A DNA stretch of 46,104 nucleotides. Origin: Candidatus Hodarchaeota archaeon. GTDB taxonomy: Archaea > Asgardarchaeota > Heimdallarchaeia > Hodarchaeales > Hodarchaeaceae. Under the pieces are notes generated by a model. That model saw only the letters and a program-made list of their open reading frames with translations, was not told where the DNA came from and made no database searches. Position numbers and translations under genes: made by a program. The stretch spans positions 1 through 46,104 of the forward strand of contig JAEOTQ010000075.1 of the NCBI GenBank assembly GCA_016839785.1, written 5' to 3'. Below are positions 31,303 to 41,405 of the stretch, one piece after another. Positions within the stretch are counted from its first letter, which is position 1; the number at the start of each line of letters is the position of its first letter.

Positions 31303-33039
31303 TTACTTCTTTTTTTGCCTCTTTTTCTTTGAATGAGGATGCTGTTTAAATATTTTTGCCCATGTATCACGCAATGTGCTCGTACGATTAAATACTAGGT
31401 TGTCTTGGGAAAATTCCTTTGGATCAGTGAAAAAGTATCCTAACCGCTCGAATTGATAATGGCTAGCTGGTTTAGCATTTCCTAAGCTAGGTTCTACATA
31501 TCCTTTTGTTGTTGTTAATGAGTCAGGATTGTAATCAGGCAACCCAGAGGGATCTTCACGCTTGAATAACCGATCATATAATCGAAATTCTGCTTCCAAC
31601 GCATGTGGTTTTGAGAGCCAGTGGATTGTACCTTTTACCTTTCTTCCATCTGGGGACGATCCACCCTTTGTGTTGGGATCATATGTACACTGAAGTTCGA
31701 TAATTTTTCCAGAATCATCTTTTACAAAATTGGTACAAGTAATAAAGTAAGCATTCCGGAGTCGAACTTCTCTACCCACTGTTAATCGATAAAATTTCTT
31801 TGGAGGATCCTCCATAAAATCCTCTTGCTCTATGTACAGCTCTCGTGAAAATGGTACTTTCCGAGTACCTTTAGATATATCTTTTGGATGGTTTGGTATT
31901 TCTAAATGTTCTACCTGGTCATCGGGATAATTTTCAAGAACGATTTTCAATGGATTTAAGATAGCCATTACTCGATTAGCTTCTTGATCTAGTTCTTCAC
32001 GAACACAGGATTCCAATAAACCATAATCAATATTCTTCTCTCGCTTTGTAACACCTACTCTACCAAGAAAAGTTCTCATCGCGCTTGCAGGAAATCCACG
32101 ATTTCGCATTCCTGCTATTGTTGGCATTCGTGGATCATCCCATCCCGAAACATAGTTTCCATCAACTAATTCTAACAGCTTACGTTTACTTGTAATCGTA
32201 TAGGTTACATTCAATCGAGAAAATTCAATTTGCCGAGGTTTATGCTTTAATGCACCAACGGCTAGAAGTTCATCCACAAACCAATCATATAAGGGTCTAT
32301 GGGTTTCAAACTCAAGGGAACAGAGCGAATGAGTTATTCCCTCAATGGCATCTGATTCCCCATGTGTAAAATCATAACTGGGGTAAATTATCCAATCAGT
32401 CCCTGTTCTATAGTGGCTAACCCTTTTAATTCTATACATGATTGGATCACGCATGAGTAGATTGGGAGATGCCATATCTATTTTAGCACGTAAAACCTTT
32501 GAACCGTCCTCAAATTCACCGTTACGTATCCGTTTAAATAAATCGAGATTTTCCTCAATTGTTCTGTCTCGGTAAGGACTATTAACCCCTGGTTCTGTTA
32601 AGGATCCTCTTTGTTCTCTTATCTCGTCAGCACTTAAATCACAGATGTATGCCTTTCCAGCATTAATCAAAGCCACTGCAAGATCATATAATTCCTCAAA
32701 ATAATCTGAAGCAAAATATAACCGATCCTCCCAATCAGCTCCTAACCATTGAATATCCTCTTTAATTGCCTCTACATAGTCCATGCTTTCTTTGGAAGGG
32801 TCAGTATCGTCAAAACGAAGGTTAAAAAGGCCATTATATTCTTGGGCAATACTATAGCTTAAGTAAATCGCCATTGCATGGCCAATGTGCATCCAACCAT
32901 TGGGTTCTGGAGGAAAACGTGTATGAACTCTTCCTTCGTTTTTATTTGTTCGTATATCATCAACCACAATTTTTCGGATAAAATCAAGTCCGGAATCATC
33001 CTTCTTTGTTTCATCAGGCGGATTCTCTGAGGTTTTCAC
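31303..33039 (-). CDS. glnS: glutamine--tRNA ligase (GlnRS)
   Basis: VHTRFPPEPNGWMHIGH, LRFDDT, YDFTH, ITHSLCSLEF, PRQIEFSRL, ITSKRKL, GWDDPRMPT, KVKGTIHW, QFERLGYF; AGGTGA SD before the GTG start. Confidence 0.93.
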   Translation of the reverse strand: MKTSENPPDETKKDDSGLDFIRKIVVDDIRTNKNEGRVHTRFPPEPNGWMHIGHAMAIYLSYSIAQEYNGLFNLRFDDTDPSKESMDYVEAIKEDIQWLGADWEDRLYFASDYFEELYDLAVALINAGKAYICDLSADEIREQRGSLTEPGVNSPYRDRTIEENLDLFKRIRNGEFEDGSKVLRAKIDMASPNLLMRDPIMYRIKRVSHYRTGTDWIIYPSYDFTHGESDAIEGITHSLCSLEFETHRPLYDWFVDELLAVGALKHKPRQIEFSRLNVTYTITSKRKLLELVDGNYVSGWDDPRMPTIAGMRNRGFPASAMRTFLGRVGVTKREKNIDYGLLESCVREELDQEANRVMAILNPLKIVLENYPDDQVEHLEIPNHPKDISKGTRKVPFSRELYIEQEDFMEDPPKKFYRLTVGREVRLRNAYFITCTNFVKDDSGKIIELQCTYDPNTKGGSSPDGRKVKGTIHWLSKPHALEAEFRLYDRLFKREDPSGLPDYNPDSLTTTKGYVEPSLGNAKPASHYQFERLGYFFTDPKEFSQDNLVFNRTSTLRDTWAKIFKQHPHSKKKRQKKK

Positions 33040-33232
33040 GGTTATTCACCTTTTTAGAAATCGAAATTTGTATACTTCTATCGTCTAATCAGACTGAGTG
33101 GTCTTTTGGCAGAATTTTAAAAATAGGATTGTTAGTAAACCAGTAATTTTGGGTTCATTTACTGAAAATGCTATTCCCTTTGCAATGATTACTCGAATAA
33201 CATTTTGATCACTGAAGATGGGATATTCTTAA

Positions 33233-33631
33233 TTGAATCCTGAAAAACCTTTTCTTTCAAATATAACTATAGAGGCAAATAATTATCTCAATGATGTGTT
33301 TTATGAGTTATTGCTCTTTATTATTAACTCTAACTTAAGCGTTCTTGACCCTGATAATTCAACCTTTTCTATTAAGATAGAAGCTTCAATTTCATCCTTT
33401 GATTTATCTATCCGAATTCGCGATACTAATTCACGCCCTATCTCTCGTCTTCTCAGTACTGAATTAATCTCCTCAATTACAGAAAAGTGGGAGTCTAGAG
33501 GCTATTATCTTCCCATTGCCCTCGCTTCTGTAATAATGAAGTATTACGCTGGAACCTTGAATATAATACCTCTAGATCCAAAGGGCAATGTTTTCGAACT
33601 CCTTTTTCCACTCAAAATGGTAAATGAATAA
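33233..33631 (+). CDS. orphan degenerate HATPase_c-like domain (possible gene remnant)
   Basis: IEANNYLNDVFYELL...IRIRD...LPIALASVIMKYYAGTLNI...GNVFELLFP follows the HATPase topology, with the N and G boxes lost. Confidence 0.5.
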   Translation: MNPEKPFLSNITIEANNYLNDVFYELLLFIINSNLSVLDPDNSTFSIKIEASISSFDLSIRIRDTNSRPISRLLSTELISSITEKWESRGYYLPIALASVIMKYYAGTLNIIPLDPKGNVFELLFPLKMVNE

Positions 33632-33782
33632 TCCGTTTAAGATATTACATGAATAGCGTTATCGAACACCTCTTAAAAAGAATTCTAGACAGAATAGGAG
33701 CCACATCCGCTATATAGCCGGTAGTAGTCGTGTCTTTTCCCCAAAGGATTACTCCCTTCCCTCTATCGTCCTTTATCTGCTA

Positions 33783-34550
33783 TTAGAATTTTCTTTGATT
33801 TTTCAGCTCGTTTGAAATTGTAGTCAATTTATCCTCTAGGTTTTGGAATCTCTGCGATAAAATTGTTTTAATATCCTGAAGAGCTTTTAAAAGATCATCA
33901 TCCTTTGATACAGTGATAAAAGACTGCGAATCTAGTTCAGAGCCAGTTTCTTTCAATTCCTTTCGTTGAAATGAACGAAGCTGGGTTAGAATATAATCGC
34001 GGACTTCTCGATATATTATAATCCCTTCTAATTTTTCTTCTGCCATTGATTCCAAAGATGAACTAGAACCCCCTGCCGTTTGGATTTCTACGGTTCCAAT
34101 ATTAAACAATCGATCGAATGGGCCTGCTCGCATACTAATATGAGTAACGGTACGATAAGGCACGTGTTTCTCAGTTCGATTAATCAGGCCCTTTTTTACA
34201 ACTATTTCACTTCCATGTACAATAAACACCATTTGTTTAACGTAGATATACATTCCAATACCATAAATCACAAATATAACTAACCATAATACAGAAAATC
34301 CTACTGACATGAGGATATACATATCATTCAACTGCTGTTGGACAGTAGGCCCTCGCGAGCTTCCAATCAGGATATTGACAAATAATAAGAAAATAATCAT
34401 TGCAATAATAAATACGGCTGCTGTAAGAAGGAATAAGAAATAATTCTTATATAAAAAGTTTCTACTAGGCCTGATTATTCGTGGTTTATCTGGGGGAGAG
34501 GGAGGAATATCAGAACCGACTATATGGGGGAGATCAGACATTTTAATCAC
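33783..34550 (-). CDS. membrane protein with bacterial PH (bPH_2) domain
   Basis: Two TMs, then EIVVKKGLINRTEKHVPY...GPFDRLFNIGTVEIQTAG; C-terminal coiled coil. Confidence 0.85.
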   Translation of the reverse strand: MIKMSDLPHIVGSDIPPSPPDKPRIIRPSRNFLYKNYFLFLLTAAVFIIAMIIFLLFVNILIGSSRGPTVQQQLNDMYILMSVGFSVLWLVIFVIYGIGMYIYVKQMVFIVHGSEIVVKKGLINRTEKHVPYRTVTHISMRAGPFDRLFNIGTVEIQTAGGSSSSLESMAEEKLEGIIIYREVRDYILTQLRSFQRKELKETGSELDSQSFITVSKDDDLLKALQDIKTILSQRFQNLEDKLTTISNELKNQRKF

Positions 34551-35083
34551 GTTTCACGAGCAACAATTTCTTTAATAGTAATATCGATTAGATCAAGAAC
34601 TTCTAATTGTATATTTGGAGAAGGTAATCCATGTTCCGACCGAAGAGTTCCAAGAATACTCTTACAATCGGTTTCACACTGAGGACGACATTTATGGGCC
34701 TGCCATGGAAGAATAGATTGTTCTTTGAGGGCGAAGAAGAGATAAACCATAGCGTTTGAGCGAAAATCAAATCCTTTTAATATCCCATTACGCAAAAGAA
34801 TCTCATTAACTTCCTCTTCTTCCTTTTTTTCCTCAGGAGTATCAGCCTGTAATGAAAGATCCAGTCTAAAATCAGTAGCTAATTTTATTAACCCTTCTCT
34901 GATCTTTTTATTTCCAACAGATTTAAATTTAGAGACAGAACGTAAGTCTACTGCTTTGTTAGGTTTTCTTACTTGGCGATTTTCAGCGTTCTCTAGAATT
35001 TCTGCTAATTCGTTAAGTGTGCTTGATGGTCTTCTAAAGATCTCTCGAATTACAATCAATTCAGAATCAGAGAGCTTTTTCAT
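34547..35083 (-). CDS. HTH-type regulator-like protein with Cys cluster
   Basis: N-terminal HTH-like segment (STLNELAEIL); HKCRPQCETDC putative metal site; ATGA overlap with the next gene. Confidence 0.55.
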   Translation of the reverse strand: MKKLSDSELIVIREIFRRPSSTLNELAEILENAENRQVRKPNKAVDLRSVSKFKSVGNKKIREGLIKLATDFRLDLSLQADTPEEKKEEEEVNEILLRNGILKGFDFRSNAMVYLFFALKEQSILPWQAHKCRPQCETDCKSILGTLRSEHGLPSPNIQLEVLDLIDITIKEIVARET

Positions 35084-35126
35084 GAGAAGACCATACCTTT
35101 CGAATGTGTTATTACTATAATTAGTT

Positions 35127-35357
35127 AATTACCAATTTCCTTTTAAACCTTCTGGTAACAAGAAATAACAAAATATTGGATAATTGAATCAGTAGTACAA
35201 ATCATTTATCGTTATCAATAATTCTAGTTGTATTTGAGATAAAGATGCAATTTCTTTTCAGATCATTAACACCTATCTACCTTTTTCGACAATTAAGAAA
35301 GAACAGTGATAATTGGTAATTTTTTCCACAACCGAAGCTTATATAAACATGTTACCA
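35127..35357. promoter_or_regulatory. divergent promoter region with four TTACCA-core sites flanking TATA-like boxes
   Basis: aattaccaatt 35127-35137 / aattggtaatt 35311-35321; tggtaaca 35153-35160 / tgttacca 35350-35357. Confidence 0.45.
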
Positions 35358-35368
35358 AAAAATAGTAA

Positions 35369-35815
35369 TTGACGAATAATGTCAATCATCACACAAAAAT
35401 TATTGAAAATGGTGAAAAATTAGTGATCCCAATTATCCCTTTTATCCCTCCCTCTCAAAAAGGGCAAAAACCGAATTTAGTTGCTCTACTTGCCAGTAGT
35501 TTTCTTCTGATATTTCTTGCTCTAGGTTTGGTAGGATTCACACTTCTAAATGGAATGTCTATCAGCATGATTTTTGCTATACTAGGAATAATCATAGTAA
35601 TTGCATCTTTAATTCCCATGATTGTTCTTCTAGAGTCAAAACAAAGTAATTGGGGTACTGAAACTCCAGTTAGATATGTTTCAAGACGCCCTCAACCATC
35701 AGAACCAACTTGGACTGATCATTCCAAATCCAAATACGAATATTGTATTGATTGTGGTTCATTAGTCGATCCTACTGACTTTTTTTGTGCTACTTGTGGA
35801 TTACGACTAAAATAA
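35369..35815 (+). CDS. 2-TM protein with C-terminal zinc ribbon
   Basis: Two hydrophobic helices; YCIDCG...FCATCG. Confidence 0.75.
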   Translation: MTNNVNHHTKIIENGEKLVIPIIPFIPPSQKGQKPNLVALLASSFLLIFLALGLVGFTLLNGMSISMIFAILGIIIVIASLIPMIVLLESKQSNWGTETPVRYVSRRPQPSEPTWTDHSKSKYEYCIDCGSLVDPTDFFCATCGLRLK

Positions 35816-35835
35816 ACTAAATTATCAATGGAGAC

Positions 35836-36633
35836 TTGATTATGAAGACAACACAAATACAAAATAAATCAAATGGCTTAATACAAATAAAAAACCTTTC
35901 CAAATTGTATTCGAAAGGTAAAATTAGAGCGGTTGACGATCTAGAATTAACTATTAACCAAGGTGAGACCTTCGGTCTTCTTGGCCCGAATGGGGCTGGA
36001 AAAACAACAACTATTCGCTTGTTAAATGGACTTATCAAACCAACAAGTGGAACAGCCAGTATTAATGGGTTTGATATTCTTGAGGACACTCAGGAAGTAA
36101 AAACGATTTCTGGACTCCTTGCTGAATCTCCTGGAGTATATGCAAAACTTTCAGCTTATGAATTTCTTGAATTCATGGGTGCTCTCTATAACATCCCTAA
36201 ATCTAACTTGAAAACGCGTATAAACGAACTCTTGACATTTTTTGATCTTTTAGATAGAAAAAATGATCTAATTGAAGGATTTAGCACTGGTATGCGTCAA
36301 AAAGTGCTTTTAGCATCTGCTATTATCCATGATCCGGAAGTAATCTTTTTAGATGAGCCAACTGCAGGTCTTGATCCACGAGCTGCTCGTATGGTCAAAC
36401 AGTTAGTAAAAGATTTTTCAAACCGAGGAAAAACAATTCTCATTAGTAGTCATCGACTTCCAGTGGTGGAAGAATTATGTGATCGTATAGGGATTATCCA
36501 TAATGGCCAGTTAATTGCGATGGGAACAATTTCAGACATTATAGATCAAACTCAAACGCAGACACTTGAGGAGGCATTTATCGCGATCACAGGGGGTAAT
36601 CCTAGCTCAAGTATTTCCCCTTGGAGGGCATAA
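35836..36633 (+). CDS. ABC transporter ATP-binding protein (DrrA/CcmA-like)
   Basis: GPNGAGKT, FSTGMRQK, FLDEPTAGLD, SSH. Confidence 0.93.
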   Translation: MIMKTTQIQNKSNGLIQIKNLSKLYSKGKIRAVDDLELTINQGETFGLLGPNGAGKTTTIRLLNGLIKPTSGTASINGFDILEDTQEVKTISGLLAESPGVYAKLSAYEFLEFMGALYNIPKSNLKTRINELLTFFDLLDRKNDLIEGFSTGMRQKVLLASAIIHDPEVIFLDEPTAGLDPRAARMVKQLVKDFSNRGKTILISSHRLPVVEELCDRIGIIHNGQLIAMGTISDIIDQTQTQTLEEAFIAITGGNPSSSISPWRA

Positions 36634-36635
36634 AC

Positions 36636-38231
36636 ATGATGAACACCTTTCAATGGTGGACAATTGCTAAAGCAGATTATCGAATGATAACGAGTCGTTT
36701 TAGACAATTCCGTCCAATTCTCCCTTATATTCTTGGTGGAGGGTTATTATTCTGGATTTTCTACTTGGGACCCTCACTGGCCGAGTCTTTACTCTCAGAA
36801 GTGGAAATGTATCTTTTTTCTATTGTTGCAGTTGTTCTTGTCCAATTTATACTGTTCTTTTGTTCCTTAGTATTCTTTGTTTTACCCATGATGAGCATCC
36901 TTCAAGATATTCGCGATCATCATTTTGAGAATTTATTTTCCACTCCCATTCGTCCAGGAAATCTTCTCTTTGGAGAATTTCTTGGTAAAATGCCATTTTA
37001 TGCAACTTTTGCTATAATAGTCGGTAGTTTTTTTACGATTGCACTGATCCCATTGGGTATCAACGTTACACAAGTACTAATAATAATCGGAATATTCGTC
37101 ATCACTTTCTTGACAGCTTCTTGGATTGGTAATGTCATAGCTGTAATCGTTAGATCATTTCTCATGAAAAATGCTAGAGGTCGTGATATTGGGAAAGGAG
37201 TAGCCTTTTTATTGATCATTCCTTTAGTAGGTCTGATGTATGCAGCGATGGGGGGCTATTTTGATTTTCTCCTAGACCCAGAGCGAGGAAAGTGGTTTGG
37301 AGACTTGATGGAATTACTCCCAAGTTCTTGGGGTGCGCAAATTATTGTTGAATTTGCACGATCTCCTGGGACTCTTACTGGAATTAATCCATCAACCTTA
37401 TTTCAAGGAGTATTATTAATTATATTTACTATTGCCGTTTTTCTCTTAGGAATGGGTTCCGCAGATCGATTATATAGTCTCGAATTAAGATCATTTTCAG
37501 CTGCAAAAGCAAAACCAGATAGAAGATTTTATCAATTCATGTCAAAGCTACTTGGCAACGGGTCATTTGCGGTATTAGTTACTGCTAGTTGGAAAGGATA
37601 CGTTCGTACAATAAGAAATTTAACGATGCTTTTATACGTCATTGCACTGGTAGCGGCAATGAATATCTTTCTGATGCAACCTGAAGATACAGAGGGTGCA
37701 ATAGTCAGTACAATCATGATTACTCCACTCTTAGCTGCTTTTATCGTAGGAGAAATCGGTATCCAAGGAAAGGAAAATCTTCTGCTTTATAAACAAACTC
37801 CTACCACAACATATTCTTTTGTGAAGTTTAAACTATGCCATTACTTCTTAATCATCATTCCACTAGCAGTAATGTTAGAAGTAGTTGTTTCTCTCCTCGT
37901 CCCAAATATTCAACTACATGAGCTCCTGTTCAATGTAAGCTTTCAATTGATTATGGCGACTGGATTAACCCTGTTTTCCACTGGTTTATTTTTGCGAAAT
38001 CCTGCATTTCATGAAAAAGCTCCTGAATATATGATCAATATGCAAGTTATCATTTTTTTGATAATGATTCCTTTTTTCTTTGGATTAATTATTTTGGATA
38101 AGTACTTATATGTAACTTTTGGCATTGTTGAATCTTTCTACTATATAATGGGAGTTGTGGCGATTTTTACCATGTTGTTAGGACTTATATTTCTCTACAT
38201 CGGAGCTAGACATCTAGATAATCTCGAATGA
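36636..38231 (+). CDS. ABC exporter permease (about 12-14 TM)
   Basis: Two ABC-2-like halves (LFSTPIRP; LLYKQTP); follows the ATPase; GGAGG SD before ATG 36636. Confidence 0.8.
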   Translation: MMNTFQWWTIAKADYRMITSRFRQFRPILPYILGGGLLFWIFYLGPSLAESLLSEVEMYLFSIVAVVLVQFILFFCSLVFFVLPMMSILQDIRDHHFENLFSTPIRPGNLLFGEFLGKMPFYATFAIIVGSFFTIALIPLGINVTQVLIIIGIFVITFLTASWIGNVIAVIVRSFLMKNARGRDIGKGVAFLLIIPLVGLMYAAMGGYFDFLLDPERGKWFGDLMELLPSSWGAQIIVEFARSPGTLTGINPSTLFQGVLLIIFTIAVFLLGMGSADRLYSLELRSFSAAKAKPDRRFYQFMSKLLGNGSFAVLVTASWKGYVRTIRNLTMLLYVIALVAAMNIFLMQPEDTEGAIVSTIMITPLLAAFIVGEIGIQGKENLLLYKQTPTTTYSFVKFKLCHYFLIIIPLAVMLEVVVSLLVPNIQLHELLFNVSFQLIMATGLTLFSTGLFLRNPAFHEKAPEYMINMQVIIFLIMIPFFFGLIILDKYLYVTFGIVESFYYIMGVVAIFTMLLGLIFLYIGARHLDNLE

Positions 38232-38359
38232 GATGGTACGGAAACAGACGAGTTGGTAAGGAAATTTTTTCCTCTTTTTTTATCAAAACTATTCAAATTT
38301 TTCACGAAAAATTGTTTATTGGGACCAGATGTTCATATTTGGGAGGAGGTTGATATCTA

Positions 38360-38593
38360 ATGCTATCGTTCCTATATAAGCCTCTCTAGAGAAAATCCTC
38401 TCGAATAATTATAAAAAACATGATATGGTAGTAGTTCCTCAATCACGCTAGAGAATCTGGATGGTATATCATTGAACTTGAATGTTCAGTTTATGTATAT
38501 CGTGATAGATTTACATCCAAATATTCTCTTATCTTTGATCCCCCAGATGGGATTGGTGGAACCGAACCTTTGTTAACAAAATTATTCATGTAA
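38360..38593 (+). pseudogene. 77-codon frame with strong SD, interrupted only by three TAG codons
   Basis: GGGAGGAGGT at 38341-38350, ATG 38360; MLSFLYKPL*RKSSRIIIKNMIW**FLNHARESGWYIIELECSVYVYRDRFTSKYSLIFDPPDGIGGTEPLLTKLFM then TAA. Confidence 0.35.
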
Positions 38594-38650
38594 ATGATAT
38601 GTAGATATCATAAATCAACATAATAAACATAGATAATTGTGTGAAATTGA

Positions 38651-39763
38651 ATGGAGCTCAGACTTGAAGATTTTGCGATTCTTTTGGCGCTTTATCAGGA
38701 CCCTTTTATGTCAATGAGTGAGCTCTCCCGCCAAGTTAAGATTCCAGAATCTGAAACAACTGAAAGGTATCACTTTTTAAAAGAGAAAGGGGTAATAAAG
38801 AATCCTATCGCTATCTATAATCCCGAATCTTTAGGTTTACAACGAATTCATGTCATTACTGTCCTCCCTGATATTCCTTGCTTAGAAATCATGGAAGAAT
38901 TATGTAATGCTCATCCTTATACTCACTATAGAACAAGAATATTTGGGGGAAATATTGGATTATTTATTCAATTTGATATCCCAAGTGGTACAAGAGAAAA
39001 GATCGAAAAATTATTCGAAAAATTAGTAGAACAGAAAATGATAACTTCTTTCGAAATTTCAGAAAGTAGTGGAGTAAGAACGGAATCCTATCCAAATCTA
39101 GATAAATATAATGCAGGAACATCCAGTTGGAGTTTCATTTGGCCTATTTGGTTTGCAGCCCTTGAAGTGGATCCTCCACCTCTACCTTTCCATTCAAAGT
39201 TCATAAAAAACCTAACAAATTTTACCCCTGCTCAGGCACAAATCCTTCGTTTCTTAACTTCTAATGCCTCACTATCAATAGAAGAGCTTTGTAATAAGAC
39301 AGATCTGAATAAAGAAGTTGTGGAAAAAGAATATCCAATCGTTAAAGAGAATTATGTGGGAGCAATTAGATTCATATACGATAGAGAAATATTTGACCTA
39401 ACAGAGACAATTCTCGCCTTTGGATCAGAAGTTGATCTCCGTAGACAAGAACAGTTGTATAACGGTATAAAAACCGATGCTCCTCCTTTCTTTCTATCAC
39501 TGGATATACTACAAAACAATAAAATACTCATTTGGATTACTATGAGTCCAGGACAAGCCTCAGATTTTACTTATGCTTGCTGGCAAAATATCCCTAACTT
39601 TAAAATACAAGTTCTTGATACAAAATCTCAAGGTTCTATGCTTTACTGTTTCTATCCTGATAATTTCGATTTTGCGAACAGAAAATGGAAATCTTCTACA
39701 GTATATATGGTAGATGAACCTCTTCAATCAACCAAGAAAGCGTTAGTTAATATACAAAAATAA
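38651..39763 (+). CDS. tandem Lrp/AsnC-like winged-helix regulator
   Basis: Two HTH units (DFAILLALYQDPFMSMSELSRQV; AQILRFLTSNASLSIEELCNKT), each followed by an alpha/beta domain. Confidence 0.75.
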   Translation: MELRLEDFAILLALYQDPFMSMSELSRQVKIPESETTERYHFLKEKGVIKNPIAIYNPESLGLQRIHVITVLPDIPCLEIMEELCNAHPYTHYRTRIFGGNIGLFIQFDIPSGTREKIEKLFEKLVEQKMITSFEISESSGVRTESYPNLDKYNAGTSSWSFIWPIWFAALEVDPPPLPFHSKFIKNLTNFTPAQAQILRFLTSNASLSIEELCNKTDLNKEVVEKEYPIVKENYVGAIRFIYDREIFDLTETILAFGSEVDLRRQEQLYNGIKTDAPPFFLSLDILQNNKILIWITMSPGQASDFTYACWQNIPNFKIQVLDTKSQGSMLYCFYPDNFDFANRKWKSSTVYMVDEPLQSTKKALVNIQK

Positions 39764-39887
39764 TTTAAAACTAAGGAAATTTGTTTTAAAAATAGTAGAG
39801 TTAGTTACTCATCTTGCCGATTCGATGTCAACCGAATACATTAAAAAATAACAAACTCCTCAAGAGTACAGAAAGGATTGGAAATAA

Positions 39888-41402
39888 TTGCCTAAAACGG
39901 TAAGTACGAATACTAATTTGCGTCAAACTAACGGCGTAACCGTCAGTCAACTTTTTCAGATATTTAACCTAATTTCTGATCCAATCTTTATTGTAGACAT
40001 TCATTTAAAATTCCAATATTTCAACGAAGCTTTCTTACGACTTATACATAGCTGGAATTTACCACCTCCACAGAAGGATCAACATATTGCTGAGGTTCTC
40101 CCATTCATAACTAATGATTTGATAGTTGATTACAGAAAAATTATACATTCAGAAGAAGTGTTAATCGAAAGAACAAAAACCTTCCCAGATGATCCTACTG
40201 CCTATACTATCAGCATTTTGCCTTCAATTGGGGAGAAGAAGCCTGATTTAGTTACAACAATCATCAAGTATCAATCCACGGAAATAAAAGTTGCTAAAAA
40301 GATAAAATACGTCGAGAAGAAGTACGAAGGAATAATGAAAGCCCTTCGCGAGAGTGAAGATAAATTTAGAAAGCTTATTACTCAAATGGGAGAAGGTGTC
40401 TGGTTATTTGACTGTTCTAAGAAAACAACTTTCATAAATGACGCTTTACGCCATATGTTAAGATACCCCGAGACTGAGATAATTGGTCATTCAATTACTG
40501 ATTTCATGCTCTCAACTTCTCAGAACGAGTTCAATAAAGTACTACTTTCTCTAGATAATCAATCAACATCTAATCCTATAGAAATTACCTTTTTAAATAA
40601 ATCGGGTGTTGAAGTTGATACAAGGCTTATTCTATCTACTTTAACTGACCCAAATAATCAAAAAATCGGCAGTTTCTGTGTTATATCGGATATTACACAA
40701 GAAAAATCCCTTCAGGATCTGCAGGAACGCTTCATTGCTACGACAGCTCATGAACTTCGAACTCCCTTAACAGTTCTTAATGGATATCTTGACGTTTTGC
40801 AAATAGGTCCTGACCTCTCCCAAGAAGATCTCCTCGCTATAATTGAGAAAATGTCACGAAATGTTAATCGACTTATCAGACTAGTTAGAAATGTACATGA
40901 TTTATCCTCAGTCCGTGCTAATCTGTTTACCATTAATCGTAAGAAAGTTGATTTATTTGAGTTCATTATTGAGGTAAAGGATCAAATTGGAATTCTCTTT
41001 CCAAAACGAAATATTTTCTGGGATACTAATGTTACATCTGATTCCAAAATTACATTTTGTTTTGACAGTGAAAGAATTAAGCAGACCATTGAGAATTTAA
41101 CACAAAACGCGGTTAAAAATTCCCCTAAAGAATCACCAATTAACATCCGAATTCAGAAATTAGGTGACGAATTGACTATTGTAGTTCAAGATCAAGGAAT
41201 CGGTATATCGAACGAAAGTATACTTCAATTATTCAAACCTTTCGCTCACAAACCGACACGATATTCCCAAACTGGAACAGGTTTAGGGCTTTATATAATA
41301 AAAATTATTGTTCAAGCCCATGGTGGTAAAATTGAGGTTGTTAGTGGTGAGGAGAGCAGCGGAAGTATTTTTACAATTAAAATACCTGAATTCAGAGATT
41401 AA
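39888..41402 (+). CDS. PAS-PAS sensor histidine kinase
   Basis: TAHELRTPL, ENLTQNAVKNS, VQDQGIGI, GTGLGLYI. Confidence 0.92.
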   Translation: MPKTVSTNTNLRQTNGVTVSQLFQIFNLISDPIFIVDIHLKFQYFNEAFLRLIHSWNLPPPQKDQHIAEVLPFITNDLIVDYRKIIHSEEVLIERTKTFPDDPTAYTISILPSIGEKKPDLVTTIIKYQSTEIKVAKKIKYVEKKYEGIMKALRESEDKFRKLITQMGEGVWLFDCSKKTTFINDALRHMLRYPETEIIGHSITDFMLSTSQNEFNKVLLSLDNQSTSNPIEITFLNKSGVEVDTRLILSTLTDPNNQKIGSFCVISDITQEKSLQDLQERFIATTAHELRTPLTVLNGYLDVLQIGPDLSQEDLLAIIEKMSRNVNRLIRLVRNVHDLSSVRANLFTINRKKVDLFEFIIEVKDQIGILFPKRNIFWDTNVTSDSKITFCFDSERIKQTIENLTQNAVKNSPKESPINIRIQKLGDELTIVVQDQGIGISNESILQLFKPFAHKPTRYSQTGTGLGLYIIKIIVQAHGGKIEVVSGEESSGSIFTIKIPEFRD

Positions 41403-41405
41403 CGA

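Noticed and set aside
31303-33039. Archaeal non-discriminating GluRS
   Set aside because: RFPPEPNG, HSLCSLEF and PRQIEFSRL match GlnRS rather than the RFAPNP and H..R motifs of archaeal GluRS
33650-33780. Slightly GC-richer intergenic stretch, possible ncRNA
   Set aside because: No convincing stem set or known RNA motif found by eye
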